From positions 124,001 through 188,000 of the forward strand of contig NW_015169799.1 in NCBI RefSeq assembly GCF_001447785.1: a DNA stretch of 64,000 bases. Reading direction: 5' to 3'. A program made the position numbers and the translations under genes. Below are positions 48,737 through 61,574 of this stretch, one piece after another. Below the pieces are notes generated by a model. It ran no database searches. It had not been told where the DNA came from and saw only the letters and a program-made list of their open reading frames with translations. The first letter of the stretch is position 1. Every line of letters starts with the position of its first letter. This stretch comes from Gekko japonicus. Its lineage: Eukaryota.

Positions 48737-51700
48737 GTAAGGGGAATAATGAAGTTCTTGTTGGTTGGGGGCAGCTTTCCAGGGTTAACTTTTTCTTAGG
48801 TAAATTCATAGAGAGGTTGATGTATCAGTGGCTATTACATGTGAGAGTTAAAGTAGAAGCTTCATTTATCAGTGCAGTGATAAGCAGAGTTACACCCTTT
48901 ATTGAAGTCAGTGGGCTTAGAAGGTATCTCTGAGCACATGTCCCCTCTCTGCATTCAGTTATTGCACAAGGAGGGAGAGTGGGCATAAGTGTCCTGGTTT
49001 TACTCCACTCACCTCTGTGCACTCTCTGGCCTGTCAGCATTGTGCTTATGTGTGGAGGAAGTATCTCTCACCCCATGATCAGGAATGTTTGGAAAGCAGA
49101 GTTCCTTTTCTTCTGTGCATAGACTTTGTGTTGATGAGTTGGTGATCATACAGAAGCATGGCAAGCGCACTCAAGGCCACTCTCCAGCTATTTCCGCAGT
49201 AGTGAAATTCCCCACTTTGACGTTTTAAAAACTGCATGTTATGTGACATTTTCTGCAGTAGATTTTTCCTCACCAGGCACAAACCTGAAGTTTTCTCCTT
49301 CTTACCTTGCATTTTCGGAATCCCCAGTTTTAGCAAGTTCTGCTATGGAAATGATCTCCTCTACTGTGTACTCAGGGTGGTGTGACTCTGTTAGCATTGC
49401 ACAGTACATCTGGTTACCATTTCATCAGGACCAAACAACAGGGGAGTATAATCACCATCAAGTCCTGCTTGTGAAGTTCTCAGAGACATCCAGTAGTTCC
49501 AACAAAGCAATTCTGGGTTTCAATATACAGTACTCCTATTTTGTCAATAGCCATTCAGAGGCTGTTGAGAAGAAAAAAGCTAAAGTATTCATGATTAAGT
49601 CACAGTAGTGAGATGCAAATCTGGAACTGGACCTTTCCCACAATGCATGTGTTTTATGCTATCATTTGACTACAGCTGCTGCCAGATTTTAACCAAAGAA
49701 ATTTTTTTAAGTGAATTGGAATTTTGAGAGAAGCAGCAAAGAATTTTGATAAGAGGAGCATATTTTTTTTAGGTGTTTACATTGCTTCCTTTTGACATTT
49801 TAGACGCACAAAAACACATATTTTGGACAATTTTGTGGCTGATTCTTGGAAGAATTTTAAGGCACAATTCAGAAGTATGCTGGCAGAGCATCACAACTTG
49901 ACGCTTAATGAGATATGTGGAAACATTTATGGCAATTAATTACATTAAAGGGCAAAGAAAACACTTCAAATTCAGCTTAGAAGAAGTTTTGCTGTGCTGC
50001 TTGTGTTTGTATGAAAGGAAAATTAAATGAATACATGAAAACACTCAGAAGCTAAAGAAATGAAGCAATTTGGCTCTTGTTGGTGATTGAAATCTGCAGA
50101 ACAGCCAATGCCTAGTGGCACAGGGACTGATGGTGGAAGATCAGTAGGGCTGTTTCAGCTATGGATGGGTTGCAGTCAGACACGTGAAGAACATGTGTTT
50201 GTTCATTTTCAGAATCTATTGATTCTGATCTGTGGAACTGGGAGGCAAGATTAAAGGTAACCAGCAAGGCCTAGACTAAGTAACCCTGTGTTATTCCTGA
50301 GGCCTACAAAGGGCCGCTGAATTATTAGTATAGGAGGTTTGTGTTCTAGACATTGCTTCCATGGAGAAGATTAACTTTCAGTAACCAGGGTTCTTATTCT
50401 GAGGTGCACTTTCTAGTGAGACAAATATAATTCCTTCAGCCTCTAGGACTGGTGTGGTTGTGAAGGCAGAATGCTCACAACTCATGGAATTTCTTGAAGT
50501 CAAGTATGCTGGCCAGGAAATATTATTGGAGTCAAGGGGTAGCAAAAGCCCTTTGTTATCCTTAGGAATCACTGCAAGAGGTGCACTCTTGGTACCGCCT
50601 GAGATGTCTGCAGATATTCTCTTTGTTCTCAAAGGCATCACTTCTGATGTAGAAGTGTCTGCATTCTGGGCCATGACACTTCGGGTTTAAAGTATTTGGG
50701 ATGTAGAGGCCATCTGGTATGGAAGTTTTTTTAAAAAATAATAATAATAAATCTCTAAACTTCCTGCTGTGCAACATTTTTTGCCTTACAAATAATATGT
50801 AAATATTTCCATCTATGTCAGGCTATATGTCACATGGGCCTTTGGTTATAAACAAAGTAGGATTGTAGCAGTCTTTCCGTGTAATGAAACAGATTAATAG
50901 AATAGTAAGGGGAACTTAAAACCATGGTAAATAATAGACAACCTAATTGTATTCTCTGTCACTTTTAAACCAACTGAGAAAAAAGAAGGAAAATACATCT
51001 GGTATATGACCTTTAGGTGAGTGCATAATTTTACATGACAGATCAAATTTTTATTAGAGATACTGGTTGCTTTATATTCAGTTATGAAAATGTTAATCAG
51101 GTTCTGTTTCTTTCTGGAGACCTGGCAGGAGAGAACAGTGTGGCCTTACTTTCACTGCAGAAATTGTAGTTGAGGCAGCGACTAAAATATGGCAAGAATT
51201 GTCCTTTTAGATTTATCATTGATGTTCCATTTGCAAAATGGGTGGATGGAAATATCTCATAGATTTTTGAGACCCCTTAAATCTCGTTTGATTTTTTTGG
51301 TTGAAATTCCTAAGGACCACTCATTACTTCTGAGACCAATTCAATATAGCCATGAAATATAAATTCATTGTATCCTTAATACACTGTCTGGTTCATCATA
51401 CAGAGAGTTAAATGCTTTCAGAAGTCTTCCATACAGGAAGGAGTTTGGATCTACAGACTTCTGTACCTGGAGGATTCCCTTCCCTCGGTACAGCTGCAGC
51501 TTCTGCTTCCATTGTCACTTTACTCCATTCACTGCTTTACCATGCCCATTGTCCTGGAGCCAGTGCAGTGGAGTAGAGTGGTTTCAGCCTTGGGTCCAGA
51601 GTTCAAATCCCCAGACTGCTTTGAAGCTCATTAGGTAGCCCTAGGCCAGTCATCCTCTCTCAATCTACCCTACCCCACAGGATTAACGGGAGGGTAAAAT

Positions 51701-52087
51701 GAGGGAGAGAGCTATAGATGCTCACTGAGCTCTTAAGGAAGGGTGAAAGCAGTGCATTAGAGAGATTATTGTTATTTGGAATTTCATGCTTATGGTTCCC
51801 ATTGTAAAAAATAGTGATCCTAGCAGCACAGATCTGCTCTACAAGCTGTTTAGAGCTTTTGGTTAGGAAACCTGGCTGATCCAGTTCTTACTCAAACTTG
51901 CATTCACAGTACTGCTAAAATTACCTGTTGTACCAGGAAATAACTCAAAATGTAAGGCATGACACAATTGTTATAGTGCAGTTGCACAGAAATGTCTTGA
52001 CGTATGTTTGCATCGGTTTATCCCCTGTTCATTATACTTGTATCATTTTTTCCCCCTTTTCAGATGGTTAGAGATCAGGGGTTTATG

Positions 52088-52313
52088 AACTGGGACAGCA
52101 AGATGCGATCCAGTAGCTCTTTCAATGCCAACAATATTTCCAGGGTATACACTTTTGAGAGTCAAAACTCCCTGAGTCAGATATTGGTTGGGTATCTGAT
52201 AAAGGGAGCTTTGACTCTCAAAAGCTTCTACCCTGGAAATCTTGTTGGTCTCTAAGGTACGACTGGGCTTGATTCTTGCTCTTCTACTGCTGGCGAACAC
52301 GGCTGCCCACCTG
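52088..52313. mobile_element. Penelope-like inverted terminal-repeat pair (decayed hammerheads)
   Basis: Inverted arms; plus strand 52192-52231 GTAT CTGATAA A GGGAG ctttga CTCTC AAAA GCTT CTAC. Confidence 0.68.
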
Positions 52314-53071
52314 GCACTATCTTAATAACCTCAGATAGATGTACAGAAAGATATATACATGCCCATGGCACAGAAATATCCGAATAGAGATCCAGTGCAG
52401 TGCAGGGATTAACCTGCTGGACTAGGTTTGGGAGACTTTGGTTCAGATTCCCATTCACTCATAAATGTCATTGTGTCATCTGTTACGGGCCAGTCACACA
52501 CATGCACAGTTGTCTCTCTTTTTCTGCCTAACCAATTGAGCAATGTTGTTATAAGGATAAATGAAGAAAAATAGAGCCGTTTCTACTTTTCTGAGTTACT
52601 TAAAGAATAGGCAAGATCAAAACATGATAAATAATAGAATTTGACTACATTTCACATAGAAAGCTGTAGGGCAAAAGTGATACAATCTGCTGGGCAGTGG
52701 ATTTACGCCTTGCTGTTTCTGCACAAACAGAATTTCCTAGAGAATAATCAGTTAATAAAGAAATAAGTAACACATTTCAGAGTGGATGTATCTAATTGTC
52801 TGTGGTAAACCCTGTACTGGTTGTGTTAAAGGAGCCATTTTGTTGGGTAAATTTTTTCTTAAACATTTTTGGCCTACATTCCACTGGCAACTTCTTAAGC
52901 AGGGCACCCACAGAGCTCTCTTGTAACTCAATAGCTCAGAGGTGGGTAAAGGCATAAAATTCTTGTGCCTGTCAGAAGGCCTGTGAAAAATGGCACGAGC
53001 AGTAAAAACACTTGGCCTCTTTTTCTTTGTACTTTATTAAAGCTGTTGGTGGTATTTTGTTTCTGTTTTAG

Positions 53072-53151
53072 GAAACTCTAGGAAGAGGCTGATGTGCTCA
53101 GTGTGTAGCAAGAGGTGTTCTTCAACAGCAAATCTTCAAGAGCATCGTAAG
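53072..53151 (+). CDS. PRDM5: PRDM5 coding exon 8 (GNSRKRLMCSVCSKRCSSTANLQEHRK)
   Basis: Acceptor ttttag|GA, donor AAG|gtcagt; 80 nt; frame continuous. No later exon recognised in the window. Confidence 0.95.
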
Positions 53152-53473
53152 GTCAGTAAAATAAAGGCTAACCCACAGCAGGCTTTGGCTTTGTTAAGAT
53201 GTAAGGCCATAAAGTGTGGTCACTAGAGCCACTGTAGCAAAAACACTATTTGGACAGCCTTTCTCATGCTCACAAAGATAGTAGTCTGCTTGGATTCTGA
53301 TTATTTATTTTCATAAATGTTCCAAATCCAAAATAACATTTAAACTATTTTGTAGTTCTTTGCTATGGTCAGTATTTTGGTTTCTTATAAATATCCACTC
53401 TGCAACCATAATCTGTGGATATGATCAGAATCCGTTATATCAAAATCTCCCAAGAATAATTTGATAACTAGGT

Positions 53474-56400
53474 TGTTATGTACTGAGCCTGTTGCCTTGC
53501 AACACGATGCTGCCAGAGACAGGGTGGGCTTGGGGAGGAAATACAATAGATGATCAGGATCCAGGCAGCCACCAGTTAGAATGCAATGTTGTGTAAATAG
53601 CCTATTGTCGGGAGTGGGTGTGTGATGGGTGTGTTGATCTACGGGCTTATAAGCAGTGTTTCGGCCCTGCTAGGGTTAGGGCTAACAAGATGGCTGTCGA
53701 CTTTGTGGCCGACCTGCACCGGTTGTGGGTGTGAGGCCAGCAGCAGGTCGCTGCATTTCAGGCAGTAAAGGAGCTCCTCACACCCAACGATGTTCTCGCT
53801 CACTTTGATGAGACATTGCCGGTCGTATTGGCGTGCAATGCTTCTCCCTATGGTGTCGGCGCAGTCCTGGGCCATTGGTTGCCAGATGGGCAGGAGGTGC
53901 CGGTGGCCTACTACTCCCTGACACTGTCATCGGTGGAGCGGAACTATGCCCAGATCGACAAGGAGGCCCTCACAACCATGACTAGCGTAAAAACGTTCCA
54001 TGACTACCTGTATGGCCGTCCATTCACCACCGCGAATGATCACAAGCCCCTGCTTGGTCTTCTCGCCCCCGACTGTCAAATGCCACAGATGTTGTCACCC
54101 CGGGTCCTCCACTGGTCCATCTTTCTGGGAGGGTACCAATATGCCCTACAATACAGGCCGGGGAAGTCCATGGGCCATGCGGATGCTCTGAGCTGCCTCC
54201 TGCTCAGCTTGGTCGACTCAGCCCCGGCGCACCAAATCCTGCTAATGGAGGACCTGCCGGACTGGCCTCTGCATGCTGCGGATGTTGTCCGCCACACCAC
54301 CAGAGATCGTCTCCTCTCCTGCGTTCTTGACTGGGTGGGGAGGAGATGGCCCACGGGTTGGGTGGACTCTGAATTCACGGCATTCTCATCCTGCAAAGAC
54401 AAACTGTCAGCACACAAGGGGTGTCTCCTCTAGGGAAGTCGGGTGGTGGTTTCCCCGCCGCTGTGAAAAGGGGTGTTAGGAGCCCTGCACAAGTTCCACC
54501 CAGGGATCGTGAAGATGAAGGCACTGGCCAGAAGCTATGTGTGGTGGCCAGGGATGGACAGTGAAATCGAGGCCTGGGTCCAGCATTGCCACACATACCA
54601 GGAGAATGTCCCGAACCCCCGAAGACCCCTGTGTATCAGTGGGAATCCACCCACAAACCATGGGCTCGGCTACATTTGGACTTCGCCGGCCTGTTCCAGG
54701 GGCAACTATTCTTTATCCTAGTGGACTCTTATACCAAATGGTTGGAAGTCGTGCCAGTTGCTTCCACCTTATTCCGGGCTGGTATCCGGGCTCTGAGGCA
54801 CACCTTCAGCACACACAGCCTACCGGACACGGTGGTAACGAACAACGGCACAGCCTTCACCTCCGGGGAGTTCCATGAGTTCATGGAGCAGGACCTTATC
54901 CGACATGTGTGGTCTGCTCCCTTCCACCCAGTGACCAATGGCCAAGTCGAAAGAATGGTGTGAACCACCAAGGATGCCCTTAGAAGGCTCACCCACAGAG
55001 ACTGGAACCGCCGGCTAGATATCTTCCTGTTCGGCCACAAAATGACCCCGAACACATCCATGGGCCGCAGCCCCACTTGTCACGGCAGGACCAGGGGGCA
55101 TGACACAAGCAAGCAAAAGTCCAGGAACAGTCCGAGGTCAAGCCGGGCAAATCAGGTAGCAAGGTTCAAGCAGGTTTAAATCACAGTCCAAAAGCAGGGT
55201 CAGACATACCAAAGTTTCAAGTCCATAAATCACAACAATACCAGAGGAGTCAGAGATGAACGCAGGGTCAACAAAGCCAAAGGTCAAAAGCCGAGGATCA
55301 AGCCGAGAAGAATTCCACAAGGTCTGGAGCAGAGATGCAAGGATTCAGGTCCTGAACAAACGACGTTTGCCAGCACAAATGACTGCTGGCAACAGACTTG
55401 CATATATACAGTGCTAGCTAATCAACTCATTAGCTAGCCAGGAGTGAGGACAGGATCCTGTCAGTAATCAGGGCTAAGAGATCTTCTGGCACGCATGCGT
55501 GCATTCTGCCTTCGCTCTCTCAGCTGTTGTCTTCTTACATTCCTGAGCCTGGTTACAGGTGGAGGCGAGTCTGATGATGAATTACTGGGCTGCAGCAGAG
55601 ACTGATCCCTTGCAGGTGTTCCCTGGGAGGCTCTATCCTCCTCACCACTTAGATAGCTTTCAGCTACAGGATCCAGTCTTTGCCTTTCTGCTGCAGTACT
55701 GTCCTCAGGAGCCTGTTCAGGGTCCTCAGGAGCCTGTTCAGGGGCATCAGCAAAGGCAGGCATGACACCAGCAGGGGCAGGCATGACACCACTGAACTCT
55801 TGATGGGCCGCCGCCCCATGATGAGGCTGGACCACCTACACCCCGGAGGCATACCCATCCCCGGTGAGTCAGGAGGCCCCTCGTGGGTTTTTCCCAGGTG
55901 ACCCCATCTTTGTACAGAACTATGTCAGTGGTCCGGCATGGGTACCGGCGAGGGTGACCCAAGTAACCGAATCCATCATATGAGGTTTCTGCAGAATGGG
56001 GCCAGCTTTTATGAAGACACATTGACCAGCCGCGCCGCCGCCTGCTGCCAGAGGAGCCCAGCCTGCCCACTGCCGAGGAGGAGGAGGCCAGCCCAGAACC
56101 TGCATCACCTCCGATGGAGAGCAAGCCCCCCCTCACAACAGCGTGCCGCCGGAGTGCCATGTAGCGGAGACCCCCGCACAAGCTGCGACGGAAACTCCGG
56201 CCTCAGGTCCAGCCCCGCAGGACTCCAGAGAGGTCCTCCCTTCACCGAGCTTGGTCCGGGTACCGGCGCCACCACCGCAGGAGCCCCGGCACTCGCAGAG
56301 AGAGTGGCACAAGCCAGCGTACCTTGAGGACTATGTCAGTTAGGGGGTTTGGAACTTAGGGGGGATTATGTACTGAGCCTGTTGTCTTGCAACACGATGC

Positions 56401-56642
56401 TGCCAGAGACAGGGTGAGCTTGGGGAGGAAATACAATAAACCATCAGGATCCTGGCAGCCACCAATTAGGATGCAATGTTGTGTAAATAGCCTATTGTTG
56501 GGAGTGGGTGTGTGATGGGTGTGTCAAACTACAGGCTTATAAGCAAGGTTTCCGCCCTGCTAGGGTTGTCTTATGTTCTGCTGAAACCACTTAATAAACT
56601 ATGAGCTGATCACTACACGTGTCTCGAACCCAGTATATTTCA
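53474..56642 (+). mobile_element. Gypsy provirus, internally deleted (partial 5' LTR, RNase H, integrase, PPT, 3' LTR)
   Basis: 5-bp TSD taggt; LTRs 53474-53677 and 56366-56642; RNase H (C.ASPYGVGAVL, ERNYAQIDKEAL, DHKPL, ADALS); integrase (HPGIVKMKALARSYVWWPG, HLDFAG). Confidence 0.93.
55078..55788 (-). mobile_element. Solo LTR (711 bp) nested in the Gypsy integrase
   Basis: TGTCA...TGACA ends; 5-bp TSD ccact; removing it restores GRSPTELLMGR; TATA-like tatatat near 55408 on the minus strand. Confidence 0.92.
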
Positions 56643-56742
56643 TAGGTAAATCTCACAAAGTTTTTTTAGCAGCTGTTCTTTAATTAGTTCATCATCATTG
56701 TCTCTGTGCAGTGCCTCCATACATCTGCCGTAGAGAGTCTAA

Positions 56743-57198
56743 GGCTGTGGTCACACGAGGAGTTTTCAGAAGTATAGGTGTGTGGATTTAAAGAACACGA
56801 TCACTCAACAACATCAGCCTTCTGTGGCCCAGTCATTGTCACCCCACATTGCCATGCGTTGGAACCAGAGTATTTAGGCACCGGGAAAATCCAGTCTTTA
56901 TGGATGCCTGCATTTCGACTCCAGTTTTCTGGATGTCTTGAACTCCCCTGCCTGGAACAGATGCCAGATGGGAAGTGTGAAAAGTCACTTCCATTCCAGT
57001 CGTGGGTTGTTGTTGTTTTGCTCTGTAGAGCTTTGCACACAAGTGTATATGTGAATGTGAAGTGGTAATATGGATGCTGCAGAGCAGGATCGGCAGACTT
57101 TAGGGAGTGCTGTCTGGTTACCCCTTCCAGCAGCAGTTTAAACCGGTCCTATTAGAGGTGCACCAGGACCGCACCAAACCTCCTGTGTGACTGCAGCC
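56743..57198. mobile_element. PIF/Harbinger-type MITE
   Basis: TIRs ggctgtggtcacac / gtgtgactgcagcc; 3-bp TSD taa. Confidence 0.78.
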
Positions 57199-57589
57199 TA
57201 AAGTTCCTTGAATTGCCTACAATGTGCTTATCCCTCTTCTCATCACTTTCCCACACTTTTTAGGCAATAAAGGGGAAAAGACGAGCACCCATCTGTCAGT
57301 TCTCTCTCTGCCACTATTGAGAGAGGTTCATTCTTCCTAAATTCTGTAATCTTTAACTGTAGAGAAATTGCTAAAAACTTAATTTTTTCCTTTCTCTTCC
57401 ATGGTTCAAAAAGCTCTCTTTCAGATATGTGCAAATGGCGGAGTGAAGGTCTCTCAGTCTGCTGTTGGCTTCTTATGTTTGCTCATGTGCTCCCAACCTT
57501 ATGGAATAGCCTGCCTGAGAAGGTCAGAAGGGCTTCCACCATACTATCATTTTGCAGAAAGTGCAAAACAGAAATGTTTAATCAGAATC

Positions 57590-57885
57590 GAGAGCCAGTT
57601 TGGTGTAGTGGTTAGGAGTATGGACTCTAATCTGGGAGAACTGGATTTGATTCCCCACTCCTCCACATGCAACTGCCGGTGTGACCTTGGGTGAGTTACA
57701 AGTTCTTTCAGAGCTGTTCTGTCATGAGCACTTCTCTCAGAGCTCTCTCAGCCCCACCTACCTTACAGGGGGTCTGTTTTGTGGAGGGGAAGGGAAAGGA
57801 GATTGTAAGGTGCTCTGAGACTCCTTCGGGTAGTGAAGGGCGGGGTATAAATTCAGTCTCCTCCTCCTCCTCCTCCTCCTCCTTC
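57590..57885 (+). mobile_element. tRNA-derived SINE (Squam3-like)
   Basis: gagagccagtttggtgtagtggttagg head, B box gtttgattcccc-like, (CCT)n tail. Older copies near 13340-13675, 36775-36910, 40415-40570, 51560-51750. Confidence 0.8.
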
Positions 57886-57949
57886 ATAACAGGTCAGCTG
57901 TATCTAGCAAGTTAATGCAGCTGCAAAAAATGCTTTCTTCCATCTTTAT

Positions 57950-58250
57950 TTAGGCCAGAAGATGGTTCCCTACCTTGACTTGGCCCATCTGTCTGTGTAC
58001 ATCTATGCCACAGTGACCTCGAGGTTAGACTATTGCAATACACTGTACATGAATCTGCCTTTGAAGTCAATTTGGAAACTCTAGTTAGTACAGAATGCTA
58101 CAGTTTGGTTACTGTCAGGAGCTAGGCACCATTATGTACTCTCACTCCATTGGTTACCTATCAGCTGCTGGGTTCAGTTCAAGATACTTGCTATGCTGCA
58201 CCTCAATAGCTTCACTCATCTAAGCAAAGTCTTCTGAGAGTGCCACCCTG
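57950..58250 (+). mobile_element. Old L2 fragment
   Basis: VTSRLDYCNTLY...KL.LVQNA motifs. Confidence 0.7.
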
Positions 58251-59142
58251 CAATCGGATAAGATTAGCGAATTGAAATGATAATTGAAACAATTATTACG
58301 AGTGCTTCAGTTTGCTAATCCTCCCGGCCCAGCAGTGGTACTATTGTATTTCTGGTTTCATTCGGTCTTGGTGTTCACTACTTGTTTCAAAGTTTGGGGT
58401 GGAGATGTATCATTTGTCAGCAGATTCTTTTACTCAGATTGGTGGTATTCCATAACCAGTTGTAAAAGCTATGCTCCTTCAGCATACAGGGAACAGAATG
58501 AAGGTTTTCTTTTTAATGTTCTGATATAAGTAGGCCATGTTCATGCCTCTGTTTGCACATGGTAAATCTATAATGTGAAGATAATACATCAGTCACAGGG
58601 ATTCATTTATTCTCTGGGATGCAAGCATTGTAAGGTATGCCTTTGCTTGCCTGTAAACTTTCAGAGTTTGCATGAAGGAACTCCTTTAAACTTTTATTAT
58701 TGTATTAAAATTCTTATGGAAGCCAAGGACTTGTCCCAGCCCTGGCACATTTTTAGGAGGGTAAAAAACACCAGAGACCTATATTTTTAAAGCTAATTCC
58801 TGCACAAAACTCAGGACTAGCTAGCTATTTAGAATTGCATGAAAAGTTTGAAAGGCCAGATCACATTGCTTGGATTAGTGAATCTCTTTAAGAGCTTATA
58901 GTATTAACTAAGGTCTAAGGAAGAACAATCAGGGAGGTTTATGGACTTTAAAACCGTTAGTGCCTGCCAGGAAGTCCCAATCTGAGCCTATCTCTAAACA
59001 TGTCTATGAAATTGTTCAAGAGGGTGTTTCTGTTGTTGATCCCTATGGTTATGCCGAATTACAAAGAGCATCATGATATTGCTGTGACTTATTACCAGGG
59101 AGGATATTTTTTTTTCGTAGTGTAATATAGAAAAAAAAGAGG

Positions 59143-59335
59143 GAATGTGGCATGGTGTAGTCTAATCTCATCAGATCTCGGAAGCTAAACAGGGTCGGTA
59201 TTGGAAGGGAGACCACCAAGGAAGACCTTTCAGAGGAAGTCAATGGCACACCACATCTGCTCCTTACTTACCTAGAAAGCCCCTTGCTGGGGTAACCATA
59301 AATTGATTGCAACTTGACAGCACTTTACACACACG
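59143..59335 (+). mobile_element. 5S rRNA-derived SINE
   Basis: atctcatcagatctcggaagctaaacagggtcgg...gggagacc head; tail ends in (ca)n. Another decayed copy near 42735-42930 (-). Confidence 0.75.
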
Positions 59336-61574
59336 ATATAGAAAACACCTTGTTGTTCCTCAAGTGATGTGATTAAATATATAAAATGGTGCTATCCTTG
59401 ATCATGCTATCCTTGATCATGATGGCTTCATTGATCTCACATTCAGGTTTCTAAAACAGGCTTGTGTAGTGGTCCAGTGCAGACATAACATAAAACCATG
59501 GCTTATTTTAAATATGGTTAGGTTGTGAAATGAGAATTTGGCTCACAGTCACTTGAATCCTAGTTTGTCACAATTTATGTTGGTTTCCTTACCTTCTCTG
59601 TGTAACCTAGGAGGGTGTCTCCAGAGAACAAAAATTAAATTAGGATTAAGCAGAAGGGGAAAAGACAGGCTCCATATTGTATCTCTCATTTTTTACCCTT
59701 AAGAGGGCTAATCCCAGCTGTGGGGCAGGGAGGGTGACCTTTCTGTTGAATACAAGAACTCCATGGTGTTGCAGCCCTGATTCACAGGTATTTTATTTTT
59801 TGTCTAATTCTTTCCAATACAAGTTTTAGCTAGGTTGGTCCTTCATGGGATCAACTGACTAAAGGAGAAAATATATTTGAACCCCGTAGTGTTCAAAAGA
59901 TGGTGTACTAGCTTTTTTAATCTGTATCATTGGGGCAAGTCAATGTTTTTATCAAGGAATGACACCCAAACCCTACACTACAGTTCCTAGTGGACTCCCT
60001 GCCTAGTTCAGGATATCTCCTATCCATTATCCTTATAAATCCCAACTCCCCTTTTTGTCCATTAGTTGGTGACTGTTAAACTCTTCAGGGTTTTGTTTTC
60101 TCACTTTAGCATTCCATTCAGCCTTTCAGATCTAGTTGGTCCTCACTGAATGGGGAGAGAAAAGAGGGCAGAATCTTCTGTCCATCACAACAGGAGAACC
60201 ACTCTGAGACTGTACAGGAGAGGATGCAGTATATAAATGTAAAAAAAACCCACCCCAAACTAGGGGACAAAACTACAGGATATGTTTGGCCATGAGTGAG
60301 TCAGGTGGCGTTCTGTGACCCAACCTTCTTTCTCTCAGTCATATGGCAGTGGCAGGAAACTTACTTCCCCAAGCACTAGATAATGTTTAAGATTGAGGCG
60401 GGGTGAGAAGGGTTCCAGCCATCCCCATTGGGCTGTTTTTCCCACCCAAAATGGCTCTGGGGTAGCATCTCCCCTGTTGTGGGGCTCCACATGCACTGAA
60501 TACTGCACATGCAACCCTGCAGTGTGGAAAAAAGCATTCCAGAGACTCTTTCAGCTTAGAGAAATGGCACTGGGGGGAAGGCTGAAGCCCCTCTTCTCAG
60601 GGTGCTAAGATCCTAGTCCTAATTCTGCCCTCCAGCTCTTTGGCAAGTAAGTTCCCTACAGATGCCTCATGGCTGCAGGGAAAGCAAATGGTGTTGGGAC
60701 AATCCCCACACACCTGTGGTCAGACGTCTACACTGGGAACAGATGTATTATGGAATTTGGCTGTAAGTAAAATAGAGTTGAAAAAGATGGCTGTCAGTCA
60801 TTATTTTAGTAAGGTCATTATTTTAGTAAAGCTGAAAATAAATTGACATCTTAGACTTCAAGACTGTGGGCAGGGCTCAGCTTTGTAAAGTATACATTGT
60901 TTTTTACCTCAACTTGTTCATTTGGTGTTTAGAAATTATGCCAAATTACCCTTATTAAGTTGTATTTTATATGCACTTTTTGCCAAGTTCACCTTTGAAA
61001 AGTTTTGAAAATGCACTTTTGCCCTATATAATAAGTTAAATTAAGATTTCTGAGATCGTCACTTTTGAAAAATGAAGAAAAATGTTCATTTCAGATGAGA
61101 CAGCCTTGGTTAGGCACAAGAAATACAGACTAATTAGTGTCTGAGACATCTCTGTCTAGGGGTATAGATCCCAGAGTAATATAAAATAATTACTCTGAAT
61201 GGGTTTATACTGGAGTAACTCTGCATAGGATTGCACTGTTAGAATTATGTGCTCTGGTTGTTGCAGAGAGATTTGATGTATGTGTGTTGTATAAAATACA
61301 AATGCAAAAGTGTCATTTTTCAAAGAGTGTTCATCAGCTTTCACCAGAAGAAGCATCATATGAAAAAGTAAATTTATTCTTTACGTATATAATGACTATG
61401 GGGTCAGTTCCTGCCACAGGGTTGCTGAGTTCTTTCAGCTGGGCTTAGTTGCTCAGCATTCTTATTCCCTACTTATTTTACATTTTGCTGCTTTCTTAGT
61501 CTCTCAGATTTCATAAATGAGCCATATAGGTCTTTCTGCTAGTGAATCTCTATACTACCTCTTCATTTTTTAAA

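Noticed and set aside
53816-54963. Domesticated or active Gypsy pol gene
   Set aside because: Stops, frameshifts, Asp-to-Asn changes at catalytic-type motifs and a nested LTR indicate neutral decay.
59143-59230. Functional 5S rRNA or tRNA genes
   Set aside because: All such sequences are partial, diverged and fused to SINE bodies.
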